Source of the DNA: Carcharhinus amblyrhynchos
Taxonomy: Eukaryota
NCBI GenBank assembly: GCA_965287045.1
Contig: OZ336878.1
Location: forward strand, 43,586,001 to 43,650,000
Direction of reading: 5' to 3'
Length of the DNA stretch: 64,000 nucleotides
Of the stretch, positions 48,691 through 62,023 are shown one piece after another. The position numbers were made by a program, and so were the translations under genes. How positions within the stretch are numbered: position 1 is the first letter of the stretch; every line of letters starts with the position of its first letter. The notes under the pieces are model-generated. The model was not told the DNA's origin. It saw only the letters and a list, made by a program, of their open reading frames with translations, and did no database searches.

Positions 48691-50394
48691 ATAAAGATTT
48701 AACAGCCCATAACTTGTTTCTGAACTCATATTTGTAAACACATACAGAAGGAGTTCAAGATCTGAGTAATGAGATGAATGAGAAACAAAATCTCTACTGC
48801 CTTTCAACTGCTCTTGCTCACACATATACTCAAATCTACTTTTTGATAACTATTTGCTCTTACTGAGTCAAGAGACCACAGCACGTTTCCAAGGGTCCAA
48901 ATCCTAATTTCGGTTGATGTTCAGATCTGCCAGTTAAGTATACAATAAAGTTGCATGTTTTTTTATATGTTCCGGGGATGTGGGCGTTACTGGCTGGGCC
49001 AGCATTTATCACCCATCACTGAGGAGATTTAAGAGTCAACTATATTGCAGTAGATCTGGAGTCACATTTAGACCAGACAAATCTCCTCCCCTTGAGGACA
49101 ACTCGCTCGCCATGGCCCACTGCGATTCCATGGCAGGCAAGGTGAATATCGCAGGATATTCAGATAGGATTTACAACAATCAACAATGGATTCATGGCCA
49201 TCATTAGACTTTTAATTCCAGATTTTGTTATTGAATTCAGATTTCACCATCTGCCATGGTGGGATTCAAACCTGGGTGTCCAGAGCATTGCCCTGGGTCT
49301 CTAGATTATTAGTCCAATGGTAAAACCACAATGCCACTGCCTTATTTTAGCTCTGCCAATCAAGTAGATAATTAAGATGGTACCAGGACACTGCCCAATG
49401 CATTCTTGATGCCGTCACTTCCTCTGCACACTTTTAGTGACTTTAAGGCCTCCCACTGCAGGCGATCTGGAGCCTCATTTATATCTTTCAGACTCCACTG
49501 TGATTTTAAGTGCTGATTGAGACAGTGATGACAAGTGCTGGAGCCAAATGTGAAAGTTTGCAGAGAGCAGAATTGTGATTAGAGTGATAAATTGATATGT
49601 TTTAAATTCTTTTAAGATTAATTATAGTTTAAAAGGAGTAAGAGTAATCTTTCAGGCCCCAGAAGGAAACTTTAAGAGTTCCCTGCTCATGTCTCCCAAA
49701 CCGTGATTGTGCCTTTTACCATTGGTCTTAGTATCAGGATCTTTTAACTTGGGATCCCTGATAGCCTCCTGCTATCCAAAATCCCAATCCTACACCCACA
49801 GGCCTTCTCATCAGTTACTGGATACTGGTTTTTTGAATGGTTTTAAGACTTCTGAAGTTCACAATGAAGGAAACTGGACACCCACCTCAACCATTACATG
49901 TCACGCTTAAATCCCTGAATTAAAATCTAATCTGTGGAAATAAGTCTGGAGTGGAAACAGGAAATCTAGAATAATGGAAGAAATAGAAAAGTTGCCATGA
50001 CCTTTCTTGTATGATGGCAGCCAAGTTTCCCCATCCCTGTTTCTCTACCTACTTCTGTTAATGTGATCAAATCGAGAAATGTGCCTTCCTTATATTGCTT
50101 AGAAGTCAGCAATGATTCTTATATTTTGACATGTAGGGCAAGATTTTACAGCCTTCCTCAAGTGAGGAGATTTCCATTGCCGAAACCTCGTCCGCTGTGA
50201 TTCTATGGCAGGCCAGATGGTGGAGTTCTGGCGGTATAATTCAGCAATATCACAGGATATTCAACTCATTGGAAACATTTGCAATCAATTATGCATGTAA
50301 ATGATACAATTTACTTCATGTTCAATTGTAATTTTTCATTTAATCCCTGTAAGTCAAATCAGGACTTAATTCAGGCCATAAGACAGGGCTTGAA

Positions 50395-50775
50395 GTGCAC
50401 AAGATTATGAGAGGTATGGACAGAGTGGATAAAGATCAGCTGTTCTCCTTAATTGAAGGGTCACTTATGAGGGGTCGTAGGTTCAAGCTGAGGGACAGGA
50501 GGGTTGGAGGGTTGGAGGGTTGGAGGGTTGGGAGGGGGAGTGTGAGGAAAATCTTTTTTACCCAGAGGGAGGTGATGGTCTCGAATGCGCTGCCTGGCAG
50601 GGTGGTGGATGTGGTTTGTCTAATATCCTTTAAAAAGTACCTGGATGTGCAGTTGGCATGTTATAACATTCAAGACCGAGTGCTGGTAAATGGGATCAGG
50701 TAGGAGTTCAGATGTTTCTCACATGTTGGTGCAGAACCAATGGGTCGAAAGGCCTCTTCGGCACTGTGTGATTCA
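50395..50775 (+). mobile_element. CR1 3' fragment with (GGAGGGTT)n expansion
   Basis: KIMRGMDRVDK..FFTQREV..NALPGRVV. Confidence 0.8.
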
Positions 50776-51578
50776 CTTTCCCCCACTGTTTTCGAGCACA
50801 GCTTTATTTGTACCTTAAACTTAAGTCTGACAGCTCAATCAGCTCCCAATTCTACTGTCCAAACAACCTCCAATCCTACTTTCCAATTAGCTACAGCAGT
50901 TAAAAAAAGTTAATAAAAAATCTTCTTAAGTTTTTGATCAGACATAAAACAGCCACAAGTCACTGTCTCTGATAAACCTTCCATCCTGAGTTGACCAGAT
51001 TTGAATTATGAAATTTTATAGGAGCAATCCTATCACAGAACTGTTACAACACAGAAGGGGGCCATTCAGCCCATCACTGCACTGGCTCTTACATTAATGT
51101 AATGTGTGTACCTTATCTCTGTACTGGCTCTCTCAATTGGAAATGAATGAAGAAATGCAAATAGCTGTTTACAAACGTTAGCCATTCCTTCAGCTGGTTG
51201 AAAAGGTTGGCATTGATCAAATTAAAATGGGAAAGATAAAGCTCCTCAAAATATAAATCCTGATTTCAATAACATCTAAAAAATAACTTTGTTTATGGGG
51301 AGTGGGAATGGAAAATTTTACCCTAAAATGACGAGAGAAACCGAGGATGCAGGATGAGAGAAATAGTAATGAAGAAAGCTGACCAGGCACTGCACCCCTC
51401 TCTGGCGGGAATGTTTCAGGATCTGGATGATGAATCAGATGATCACAGCCAGTCATTGCTGGGCCACTATGTGACCTCCAGGCTGAAGAGAGGAAAGATC
51501 AATTAGGGTTTGATTAATCATTGCTAATTGCTAGCCAATGACTGTGTGCGCATGCGCACGTATGTGTGTGCGCAAACA

Positions 51579-51773
51579 CAGTAAAAAGTCTGACAACACC
51601 AGGTTTTAGTCCAACCGATTTATTTGATAATACTCACAGCTTTCGAGGGGACTGCCTCTTCGTTCACCTGACGAAGAGGCAGTCCCCTCGAAAGCTTGTG
51701 AGTATTATCAAATAAATCGGTTGTCAGACTTTTTACTGTGTTTACGCCAGTCCAACGCCGGCATTCCCACATC
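51579..51773 (+). mobile_element. Palindromic Penelope-derived mini-element (family 1)
   Basis: 11-bp TSD GTGCGCAAACA (51568-51578, 51774-51784); arms match the pLTR of 24950-25822. Confidence 0.88.
51663..51703 (+). ncRNA. Minimal hammerhead ribozyme motif
   Basis: UUCAC-CUGACGA-A-GAGG(CAGUCC)CCUC-GAAA-GCUU-GUGAG. Confidence 0.68.
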
Positions 51774-52287
51774 GTGCGCAAACATCCAGTGAGAACAGGT
51801 TGAGGTTGCACTGTCACGCACGCCTACTATGGTCAAGTAGACAAAACATACTGGCCAGGCTTATACATGAAAATTAACCATCTGGGCAACTTAGCGAAGG
51901 GTGTATTGTGAGTACACTAATCTGGGTCCCTCAATATGTCAGACGCTTAGCAGAGTTAGAAGAAAACTAGATGCTTTTTCTAAAAAAAGAGGACAATGAT
52001 ATTTAGAGTTGAAGTGGAACCCAGAAAGATGCTAGGGCTAAAATTGTCTCCACTGAAAAGATGGGTTAAATAAAAGGCATGCCGATTGCCACACAGTCTG
52101 TTCTCCGACCAAAGCTGAATCTTACACCCATCAGCTTAGTAAGCAGAGAATGTAGTGTGAGTGAATATTTCCAGAAGAGAAAAAAAAACACAGCAGGGAG
52201 AGTCAGGAAACAGGAATATTAAAAAGAATAATTGCAAGTTATAGTTTATGGCAGACCTGATCAATAACCTCCTGTATGGGTGACATG

Positions 52288-52563
52288 TTGGCACAGTGGT
52301 TAGCACTGCTGCCTCACAGCACCAGGGCCCCAGATTCACTGTCTGTGCAGAATCTGCATGTTCTCTGTGTCTGCCTGGGTTTCCTCCGGGTTCTCCAGTT
52401 TCCTCCCACAGTCTGAAAGATGCGCTGGTTGGGTGCATTGGCCATGCTAAGTTCTCCGTCAGTGTACCCAAAGTGTGTGACTAGTGGATTTTCACAGTAA
52501 CTTCACTGCAGTGTTAATGTAAGCCTACTTGTGACACTAGTAAATAAACTTTTAACTTTAAAC
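52288..52563 (+). mobile_element. V-SINE, tail type B
   Basis: Head, V-domain and 'gtaagcctacttgtgacactagtaaataaacttt' tail. Confidence 0.85.
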
Positions 52564-53599
52564 TGACTCTGCCTTGTGAGCACAAAGGAACAGCTATCTG
52601 ATTAACCATGAAATTACCACACTGGCACTCATTTCATCAGGAAACCAAATGCTTGCTTATTTCAATCCATTCACTGTCGAAAATCCAACAGCACAATATC
52701 GCACAGGTTCACCGAACAAATCAGTGCATTCTACAACCTCAAAAGAATATCCAGTAAACAAGGGATGGTAGCAAAGGAAATAAAGAGCGATGGGTGGGGG
52801 GGGAACTCCAATAATTTCACGCTAAGGGGACTATATCTTTTTATATTTAATCGTAATGAAAATTAAGCCAACACAGCTGTGAGTAAATATGGCAGAGTGG
52901 CTCTGATTCCTAATAAGTTACTAGCTTTAACTGGATAATTTGTTACAGCTGGTGACCCCTGTGACCCACATGCAAAGAACAGCAGCATTTTGGAACGCAT
53001 TCATGTAATAAGATGGAAACCAAGGATAAAAGACTCTATCCTGGTATCAAGTAATTAATGACGTCTACAGTGAGATGCGGCCAACAGCTGTGAAAGAGAT
53101 GGAGGGGGTGGGCGAATCAATCTAGCAATTAGGAACAATAGCAAATCACTGAAACATATCATTTTTTTGAAATAGATTTCTAATAAACTTGTGTCTGATT
53201 CAGGCGCTTTAAAAACAAATGCCGATAATTATACATGCAACAGGATTATTGTCCTGCGCTTAATCGAGAATAACATTGGCGCTGGTGTTGGAAGCGGACT
53301 GCCAGGGACACAGGTGTCCTGTGGTTGTGCTCAGAATACTGGAATGTTCCTAACTTCCAGCCTATTAGCTTTACAGCACCTGCAATTCATTTGCCTTATT
53401 GTTCTGCCACCTGTATAGCATAGCATTAAATACTGCACACACTCAAGGGCAATCTCGAGCTTGTGTCAATGCTATAGGGGCAATATCAGCAAATTCACTG
53501 GACGGGAGGAGCTTTGGTTCGTAAACTTTGGACCCTTTTGGTGGAGGAGGAAAGAAATTTACACTTTGGGTGATAGTATAAATGAACTAAAATAAAAAT

Positions 53600-53885
53600 T
53601 GTGATTTATTTATTACTATGTCCATGTCACAGGTAGGCTCACATTAACACCACAATTAAGTCACTGTGAAAATCCCCTAGTCACCACACTCCAGCGCGTG
53701 TTCGGGCACACCAAGGGAGAATTTAGCATGGCCAGTGAACTTAACCAGCATGTCCTTTGGACTGTGGGAGGAAACCCATACAGACACGGGGAGAATGTGC
53801 TGACTCCACACAGACAGTGACCCACGCCGGGAATCAAACCTGGATCCCTAGCGCTGTGCAGCAGCAGTGCTAACACTGCCACATT
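53600..53885 (-). mobile_element. V-SINE, tail type B
   Basis: Reverse-oriented relative of 52288-52563. Confidence 0.8.
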
Positions 53886-54949
53886 GTATATTGGCAACAT
53901 GAGGCTATTTTCAAACACAATGCAAACGTCCATCGAATCCCTGCAGTGCAGAAGGAGGCCATCGAGGCTGCATCGACTCTCCGAAAGAGTGTCCCACCCA
54001 GACCCAGAAACGTTCATTGTACGAGTCAAAAATACTGAGTCAGTCCCACAGGCGTGGCGCGGGTGCAAAGAATGCCAGGGGTCAAACATGTCTACCCCTC
54101 TGCCCCACAACATATTGGGGCAAATGTTCCCATTCCGCCCGCCACGGGAATTGTAGTAGGCATAGAGTGGACCATGGAAAGGTCTGTTAACTCGGGCAGG
54201 ATTTTCCAGTTTCGGAGCGAGAGCGGCTGGAAAATCCTGCCACTGACTTTAACACCGTCAATACTGCAAAACGTCCAAGGTGCTACACAGGATTGTTATC
54301 AAACAAAATAGGGTACTGAACCCTATAAGAAATAGCAGAACAAATGACCAATATCTTTGTAAAAGAGATAGGTTTCATGGAGCGTCTTCAAGAGGGAAAA
54401 AGAGATAGAGAGAAGGAATGGTTAAAGAGAGGGATTTCCAAAGCTAAGGGCCTAAGTAACTAAAGGGCAGTAACTAATAATGTAGCGATTAAAAGTGGGG
54501 ATGCTGAAGTGCCAGAGTTGGAGGTACAGTTTTATCAGAGAGTCATTAATCTGGCAGAGAGTATAGGGAGGTGGGCGGGATGGGATCAAGGCCATGAAAG
54601 GATTTAAAATAAGGATGAATATTTTAAAAATTGAGATGTTACTGGACCAGAAGCCAATGTCAGTCAGTCAGTGAGCACAGGATAGATGACCTAGACTCGA
54701 TATTCACTGCATTGGTAATTTGTTTGTTGCAGACTGTGAGCTGTCCCCTTGAGCAGCCTGAAGGGAACCTGCGATGAAAATGTTAAGGATTGTGGTGACA
54801 TTCAGAGTCACTGGTGAAGCATAACCTCCTGATCCTGGGGATGCAAATCCAGCTGCAAGAGACTAGCCTAGTAAAGCATGGCCTTGTGACTCATCAACTT
54901 TTACAGATGCCTCCCACCCATTTACAGATTTCTCTAACAGAAATCTTTG

Positions 54950-56400
54950 TCTTTGTCTCTTCGCTAGACACGGATGAGGTCCCAGAGGATTGGAGGATAG
55001 CAAATGAGGTTCTGTAATTTAAGAAGGGTAGCAAGGATAACCTGAGTAATTATAGGCCGGTGAGCTTGACATCCGTGGTAGGGAAATTGTTGGAGAGGAT
55101 TATTAGAGATAGGGATATATGCACCTTTAGAACTGAATAATCTCATTAGCAATAGACAGCATGGTTTTGTACGAGGGAAGTCATGCCTCACAAATTTGGT
55201 GGAGTTTTTTGAGGAGGTGACAAAAACGACTGACAAGGGAAGGATGGATGTCATCTATATAGATTTCTGTAAAGCAGTTGATAAGGTCCCTCATGGCAGG
55301 CTGATGCAAAAGGTTAAATCTCACGGGATAAAAGGAGAGCTCGCTAGATGGGTGGAGAACTGGCTTGGTCATAGAAGACAGACGGTAGCAGTGGAGGGGT
55401 CTTTTTCCGGCTGGAGGTCTGTGACTAGCGGTGTTCTACAGGGCTCTGTACTGGGACCTCTGTTGTTTGTGATATATATAAATGATTTGGAAGAAGATGT
55501 AAATGGTGTGATCAGTAAGTTTGCAGATGACACAAAGATGGGTGGACTTGTGGATAGTGATGAACATTGTCAGAGAATACAGCAGGATATAGATAGGTTG
55601 GAAAATTGGGCCGAGAAATGGCAGATGGAATTTAATCTAGATAAATGCGAAGTGATGCATTTTGGTAGAACTAATGTCGGGGGGAGCTATACAATAAATG
55701 GCAGAACCATCAGGAGTATAGACACACAGAGGGACCTGGGTGTGCAAGTCCACAGATCCTTAAAGGTGGCATCACAGGTGGAGAAGGTGGTGAAGAAGGC
55801 ATATGGCATGCTTGCCTTTATAGGACAGGGCATAGAGTTTAAAAGTTCGCATATGATGTTTCAGCTATACAGAACGTTGGTTAGGCCACATTTGGAATAC
55901 TGCATTCAGTTGCCACACTACCAGAAGGATGTGGAGGCTTTGGATAGAGTACAGAAAAGGTTTACCAGGATGTTGCCTGGTCTTAGCTATGAGGAGAGAT
56001 TGGGTAAACTGGGGTTTTTCTCCCTGGAAAGGGGGATGAGGGGTGGCCTAATAGAGGTGTATAAAATTATGAAGGGCATAGATAGGGTGAACAGTGGGAA
56101 GCTTTTTCCCAGGCTGGAGGTGATGAACACAAGGGGTCACAAGTTCAAGGTTAAGGGGGCAAGGTTCAACACAGATGTCAGAGGGACGTATTTTATACAG
56201 AGGGTGGTGGGGGCCTGGAATGCACTGCCAAGCAAGGTGGCTGAGGCGGATGCACTGGGATCGTTTAAAGACTTATCTAGATAGCCACATGAACAGACTG
56301 GGAATAGAGGGATACAAACAAATGGTCCAGTTGGGCTCATGAGCGGCACAGGCTTGGAGTGCCGAAGGGCCTGTTCCTGTGCTGTATTGTACTTTGTTCA
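54950..56400 (+). mobile_element. CR1 LINE, 5'-truncated
   Basis: VPEDWRIAN; ORF 55196-56284 with [14 protein letters not shown]; CR1 tail at 56360-56400. Confidence 0.95.
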
Positions 56401-58545
56401 CAAAGAAAACATTCTTTCTGGCAGTATCACAGGTTAGTAAGGCTCTGACCAAGGCCGCAAGGAACTACAAAGGGTCGTGAACAAAGCCCAGCCCATCACT
56501 TAAACCAGCCTCCCATCCATTGACTCTGTCTACATTTCCCGCTGTCTTAGAAAAGCAACCAGCATAATCAAGGATCCCACAGACACACCAGACACACACT
56601 CTTCCACCTTCTTCCATCAGGAAGAAGATACAAAAGTCTGAGGACACTTACCAACCAACTCAAGAACAGCTTCTTCCCTGCTGCCATCAGACTTTTGAAT
56701 GGACCTACCTCGCATTAAGTTGATCTTTCACTACACCCTAGATATGACAGAAACACTGTATTCTGCACTCTCTCCTTTCCTTCTCTGTGATATAATCTAA
56801 GGCGATCCATCAAAAATGCCAAACGACAGTATCAGACCAAGCTAGAGTCCCAAGCTAGCCACACGGACCCCCACCAACTATGGCAAGGTCTGCAGCACAT
56901 AACAAGCAACAAGATGAGGGCAAGTAAAATCACTGGCACCAATGCTCCCCTCCTCGATGAGCTCAGTGCATTCTATACTCATTTTGAACAACAGGTCAGC
57001 GAGAGCACGCACCCCACTCCGGAAACTTCAGATGAACCTGTATTGAGGTCACCATTCCAGATGTCAGAGCAACCTTCTCAAAAGGTCAATCCACGGAAAG
57101 TGAGTGGCCCAGATGGGCTACCCAAACGAGCACTCAGATCCTACCTGGCTCAGCTGGCAGGGATATTTGCAGGCATCTTCAACCTCTCTTTACAACAATC
57201 TGAGGTCCATCTCTGCTTCAAAACGATGACCATCATCCTGTTACCTAAGAAAAACCCAAGCAGTGTGTCTTAATAACTCTCGTGTGGTGATTCTGACATC
57301 CATCATTATGAAATGTTCTAAAGGTTAGTCATGGCACGAATCACTTATGGCCTCTCAAATTGCCTGGATCCACTACCACTGCAACAGGTCAACAGCAGAT
57401 GCCATCTCCCTGGCCCTGTATTCAACTCTGGAACACATAGATTACAAAGAAACCTACATCAAATTCCTATTTATTGACTACAGCTCAGCCTTCAATATCA
57501 TTATTCCTACGAAACTCATCTCCAAACTGTGTGACCTGGGGCTTGGTTCCTCCTCCTGCGACTGGATCCTGAACTTCCTAACTCACAAACTGCAATCAGT
57601 AAGGATAGGCAACAACACCTCCTCCGTGATCATCCTCAACACCACTGCCGCACAAGGCTGTGTTCTCAGCCCCGTACTATACTCCTTATAAACCTATGAT
57701 TGCGCGGCCAAATTCCCCTCCAATTCAATTTTCAAGTTGGCTGATGACACCACCATTTTGGGTCAGATCTCAAACAATGACAAGATGGAGTACAGGAAAA
57801 AGTTCAAGAATCTAGTGAACTGGTGCGACAACAATAATCTCTCCCTCAATATCAACAAAACAAAGAAGATAGTCATCGATTTCAGGAAGCGTAATGGAGG
57901 ACATGCTGCTGTCTACATCAATGGGGGCAAAGTAGAAATGAGGGAGCTTCAAGTTTTTAGGTGTCCAGATCACCAACAACCTGTCCTGGTCCCCCCATGC
58001 TGACACTATAGATAAGAAAGCTCATCAATGCCTCTATTTTCTTAGAAAACTAAGGAAATTTAGCATGTCCACTACAACTCTCACCAATTTTTACAGATGC
58101 ACCACAGAAAGCACTCTTTCTGGTCGTATCATAGCTTGGTATGTCTCCTACTCTGCCCAAGACCACAAAGAACTACAAAGGGTTGTGAACAAAGCCTAGT
58201 CCTTCACTCAAACCAGCCTCCCACCCACTGACACATCCCGTTGCTTTGGCAAAGCAGCCATGCACTCCAGACATTCTCTCTTCCACCATTTTCCTTAGGG
58301 AAAAAGATACAAAAGTCTAAGGTCACAAACCAACCGATTCAAGACCAGCTTCTTCCCCGCTGCCGTCAGACCTTTGAATGGACCTACCTTGCACTAAGTT
58401 GATCTTTCTCTACACCTAGCTATGACTGTAGCACTCTCTCGTTTCTTTCTCTATGAATGGTATGCTTTGACTGTACAGCACGCAAAAATAATACTTTTCA
58501 CTGTGTGTTAATAGATGTGACAATAATAAATCAAATCAAGTCAAA
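56401..58545 (+). mobile_element. Rex1/Babar LINE, degenerate, with extra 3' segment at 56401-56790
   Basis: [39 protein letters not shown]; tail 'gtgacaataataaatcaaatcaa'. Confidence 0.9.
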
Positions 58546-59064
58546 ATCACTGCTTCTCAGGAATATCCAGGAAAGTGAGCCTAGGCCTATAGACCCTATG
58601 GGTTGAATAAAGCTTTTCCGTTCTTCAGCCCCTCACTAGCCATCATCCGACAAGCCCAGCTGTTGCTTGGCCTATTTCTGCAGCGTGGCCACAAAATTCC
58701 AGTCAAAATGTTTTAAATTCCAGACCAGGCAATTTTGAGAAACCCCTTTCCATTCATACATTAGAAGCACCATTTGTATGAAACCCATTTGCTAATCCTC
58801 CACTCCATGTCTCAAAACGTGACTCCAGATTTTAGTAGGAAAGTAAAATAGCTGACAGTGAGGAAGGAGTGCTGATTAACAGATCACTAACTGAGGTTGG
58901 AGGGGACAGGAAATCTGACAACTCACCGCAAAACTAAGCCCCGTGTCCAGCGTACCTCGTGTCCTTTCTCCTCCCAGAGTTTTCTAGTTTTGACTGATGC
59001 TGCTTTAAGGATAAAGACTTGTTTAGAGGTTTAAAATGGCCTCTTAGCAATGGGCACTAAACCA

Positions 59065-59527
59065 AAAGAAAATACGGCAGAAATCAGCAGCTAAAACAGA
59101 AAATTCTGGTAAAACTCAGCAGCTCTGGCAGCTTCTGGGGAGAGAACGAAGAGAACAAAGAATAAAGAAGAGTGCAACACAGCTACAGGCCCTTCAATCC
59201 TCCAAGCCCATACTGGTCATGATGCCCCAACTGAACTAAAAAAAAAACCTTCTGCCCTTACTCGGTCCGTATCCCTCTATTCCCTCCCTATTCATGTACC
59301 TTCTAGGCACCTCTTAAACGTTGCTAATGCGCCTACTTCCACCACCTCCTCCGGCAGCACCTTCCAGGCACCCAGTACTCTCTGCATGAAAAACAGAGAG
59401 AGAAACAGAGTGAACGTTTCCAATCCAATAAGAAGTCATATTCAGCTCAAAACATTAACTCTGTTTCTCTGTCCACAGTGGTTAGCAGAGCTGCTGAGCT
59501 TTTCCTGCATTTCCTATTTTTATCTCA
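59065..59527. mobile_element. Inverted Penelope-like terminal repeats (family 2) split by a CR1 tail (~59170-59390, minus strand)
   Basis: 'aaactcagcagctctggcagc' versus 'gcagagctgctgagcttttc'. Confidence 0.55.
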
Positions 59528-60026
59528 GCAGCGGGCACTAGCTTTTGCTTGCACCCATTTCAGGGGGAGGCTGGGCAGCGGTTTTGAGTCCAGATGTGTT
59601 TCGTTACTTAGATCAGCACCGTGCCCTTGAATCTCTGTTGCCCAGGGTGACAGAGTTTTAAAAGGAGCCTGCCATTGAATCTGACAGAAGCATGTCCCCA
59701 CTTGAGGAATCGTCACAATTCCTGTCATGATTTCCCTGAGAAGGTGGCAACAGTGCAATCAAACCCTCAGTGAGGCTGACACATTGACACCTCAAACTCT
59801 AGCATGTTAATCTTCGGTAAACTTCACCGGCTTGCTTGCCACACGGCAAATTGGAACATAATACAGGTTAGTGCAGTGAGGGTACAGTCCCCTCATATAC
59901 TAACAATATCCTCGGGGTAAGCTGTCCTGCTGCAGGAGAGTCATGGCGCTCTGCCAATAGTGCAGGCTGAGATCAGTAGTAACAGCAGGTTATAAGAAGA
60001 GTTAAAGAACTGCTTACTTTATTCCC

Positions 60027-60350
60027 AGGACGGTGGCACAATGGTTGGCACAGCTGCCTCACAACGCCAGGGACGTGAGTTCGATTCTGGCATCGGGTCA
60101 CTGTCTGCGTGGAGTTTGCATGCTCACCCTGTATCTGCATGGGTTTCTTCTGTTGCTCTGGTTTCCTCCCACAGTCCAAAGATGTGCAGTTAGGTAGATT
60201 GGCCATGCTAAATTGACCATATTGTCAGGGGGATTAGCAATGTAAATATGTGGGGTTACCAGAATAGGGCCTGGGCAGGATTGTGGTCGGTGCAGACTTG
60301 ATGGGCCGAATGGCTTCGTTCTGCACTGTAGGAATTCTAAGATTTTATGA
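60027..60350 (+). mobile_element. V-SINE (HE1-like), CR1-type tail
   Basis: Full head, V-domain and tail. Confidence 0.85.
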
Positions 60351-60459
60351 TAACAATTGGCCTCAAGATTGTACCTGACAAGGGACACGTTGCATCTTTC
60401 CAACTTTCAGCTTTTCAAGCCACAGGTCAACAGAGTTCCAATGAAAGGAAATATCATAA

Positions 60460-60792
60460 ATCATAGAATCCCTACACTGCAGAAGGAGGCCATTCAGCCC
60501 ATCGAGTCTGTACTGACCACAATCCCACCCAGACCCTATCCCCACAACCCCATGCATTTACCCTAACCAGTCCCTCTGACACTAAGGGGCAGTGTAGCAC
60601 GGCCAATCCATCTAACTTGCACATTTTTGTACTGTGGGAGGAAACTGGAGTACTCGGAGGAAACCCACACAGACAAGGGGAGAATGTGAAAACTACACAG
60701 ACCAGGACTACCCAAAACTACCCAAGCCAGGAATCGAACTCGGGTCTCTGGCGCTGTGAGGCAGCAGTACTAACCATTGTGCCACAGTGCTG
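60460..60792 (-). mobile_element. V-SINE (HE1-like), CR1-type tail
   Basis: Reverse full-length copy. Confidence 0.85.
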
Positions 60793-61714
60793 CACATGGC
60801 AGGGGGCACACTTCATCTTTCCAACCTTCAGTCTTCCCTTGCCAAATATCAACAGATGTCCAATGAAATGAAAGAGAAGCACAAAGGAGGGAGAAGTAGC
60901 AGAATGAGGATAAAGAGATACAGCAGCTCCAGGGGAATAATTACAAGAAGGTCTGGACCCACCGGGGTGAGAAAGTGGAGGAGACTGTTCCTCGCACCCC
61001 ATGGGAGGGGGCAGCCCAACTGGCATAGTCCCCACCACTGCAGGAGCATCCCTCTTCCCCACTGCTGACATCACACGGGAACAACATCTGGGGAGCCAGT
61101 AAAACAGGCCGACCAGCCCTCCAACTGAGTCCAATAGCTGGGAGGACCAGGAAATACAGTGAGAGGGAGGCAAATTGTGCCTCAGTTCTCATTGAGGCAG
61201 GGTGATGGTGGGCAATTATTGAGGAGAGACCAGAGCAGGATCCATGTCTGAGAAGAAAGGTGGCGAGAAATGTAACAGGATCTGAAACGAGATCTCAAAA
61301 TTAAGATCCGCACCTTGGCAATTACTTAAAAGTGACCTTTCTGCCTCCCCCACACTAAACTCTTTACCCTGAGATAACCAATTCATGGTAAAATCATGCC
61401 CTTTGTTCTGTGCTCAGATTTCCCTGAAAATTAAGTTATGCCTGAATGTTTGGTTTGAAAGGTTGATTTAATACTGGTACCAGCAGTGGAGGTGGAGTTG
61501 AGAGAATTTTCTGAACATCAGGCTGCGATATATCCCATGGCCACATGAGGGCAGCAGTGAGCAAGGATCACCAAGCGCCTCTGCGAACAGTGTATTGGTG
61601 AATGGGAAAGTCTTACAACATGCTCTAAATTACAATCAGCATAAATTGAGTGTAAAATAATAATTACTTAGGGGAAATCCGATAAAAACAAACAAGAATT
61701 TGTTTGCCTCATCT

Positions 61715-62023
61715 GGCCCAGTGACTAGCATTGCTGCCTCACAGCGCCCAGGCACCTGGGTTCAATTCCGGCCTCAGGTCACTGTCTGTGTGGAGTTTGC
61801 ACACTCTCCCTGTGTCTGCATGAATTTCCTCTGTGTGCTTCGGTTTCCTCCCACAGTCCAAAGATATGCAGGTTAAATTGATTAGCCATGCTAAATTGAC
61901 CCAAATCTCAGGAGATTAGCAGGGTAAACATATGGGATTATGGGAATAGGGCCAGGATGGGACTGTGTTCGATGCAGACTCGATGGGCTGAGTGGCCTCC
62001 TTCTGCACTGTAGGGAGTCTATG
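61715..62023 (+). mobile_element. V-SINE (HE1-like), CR1-type tail
   Basis: Head, V-domain and tail. Confidence 0.8.
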
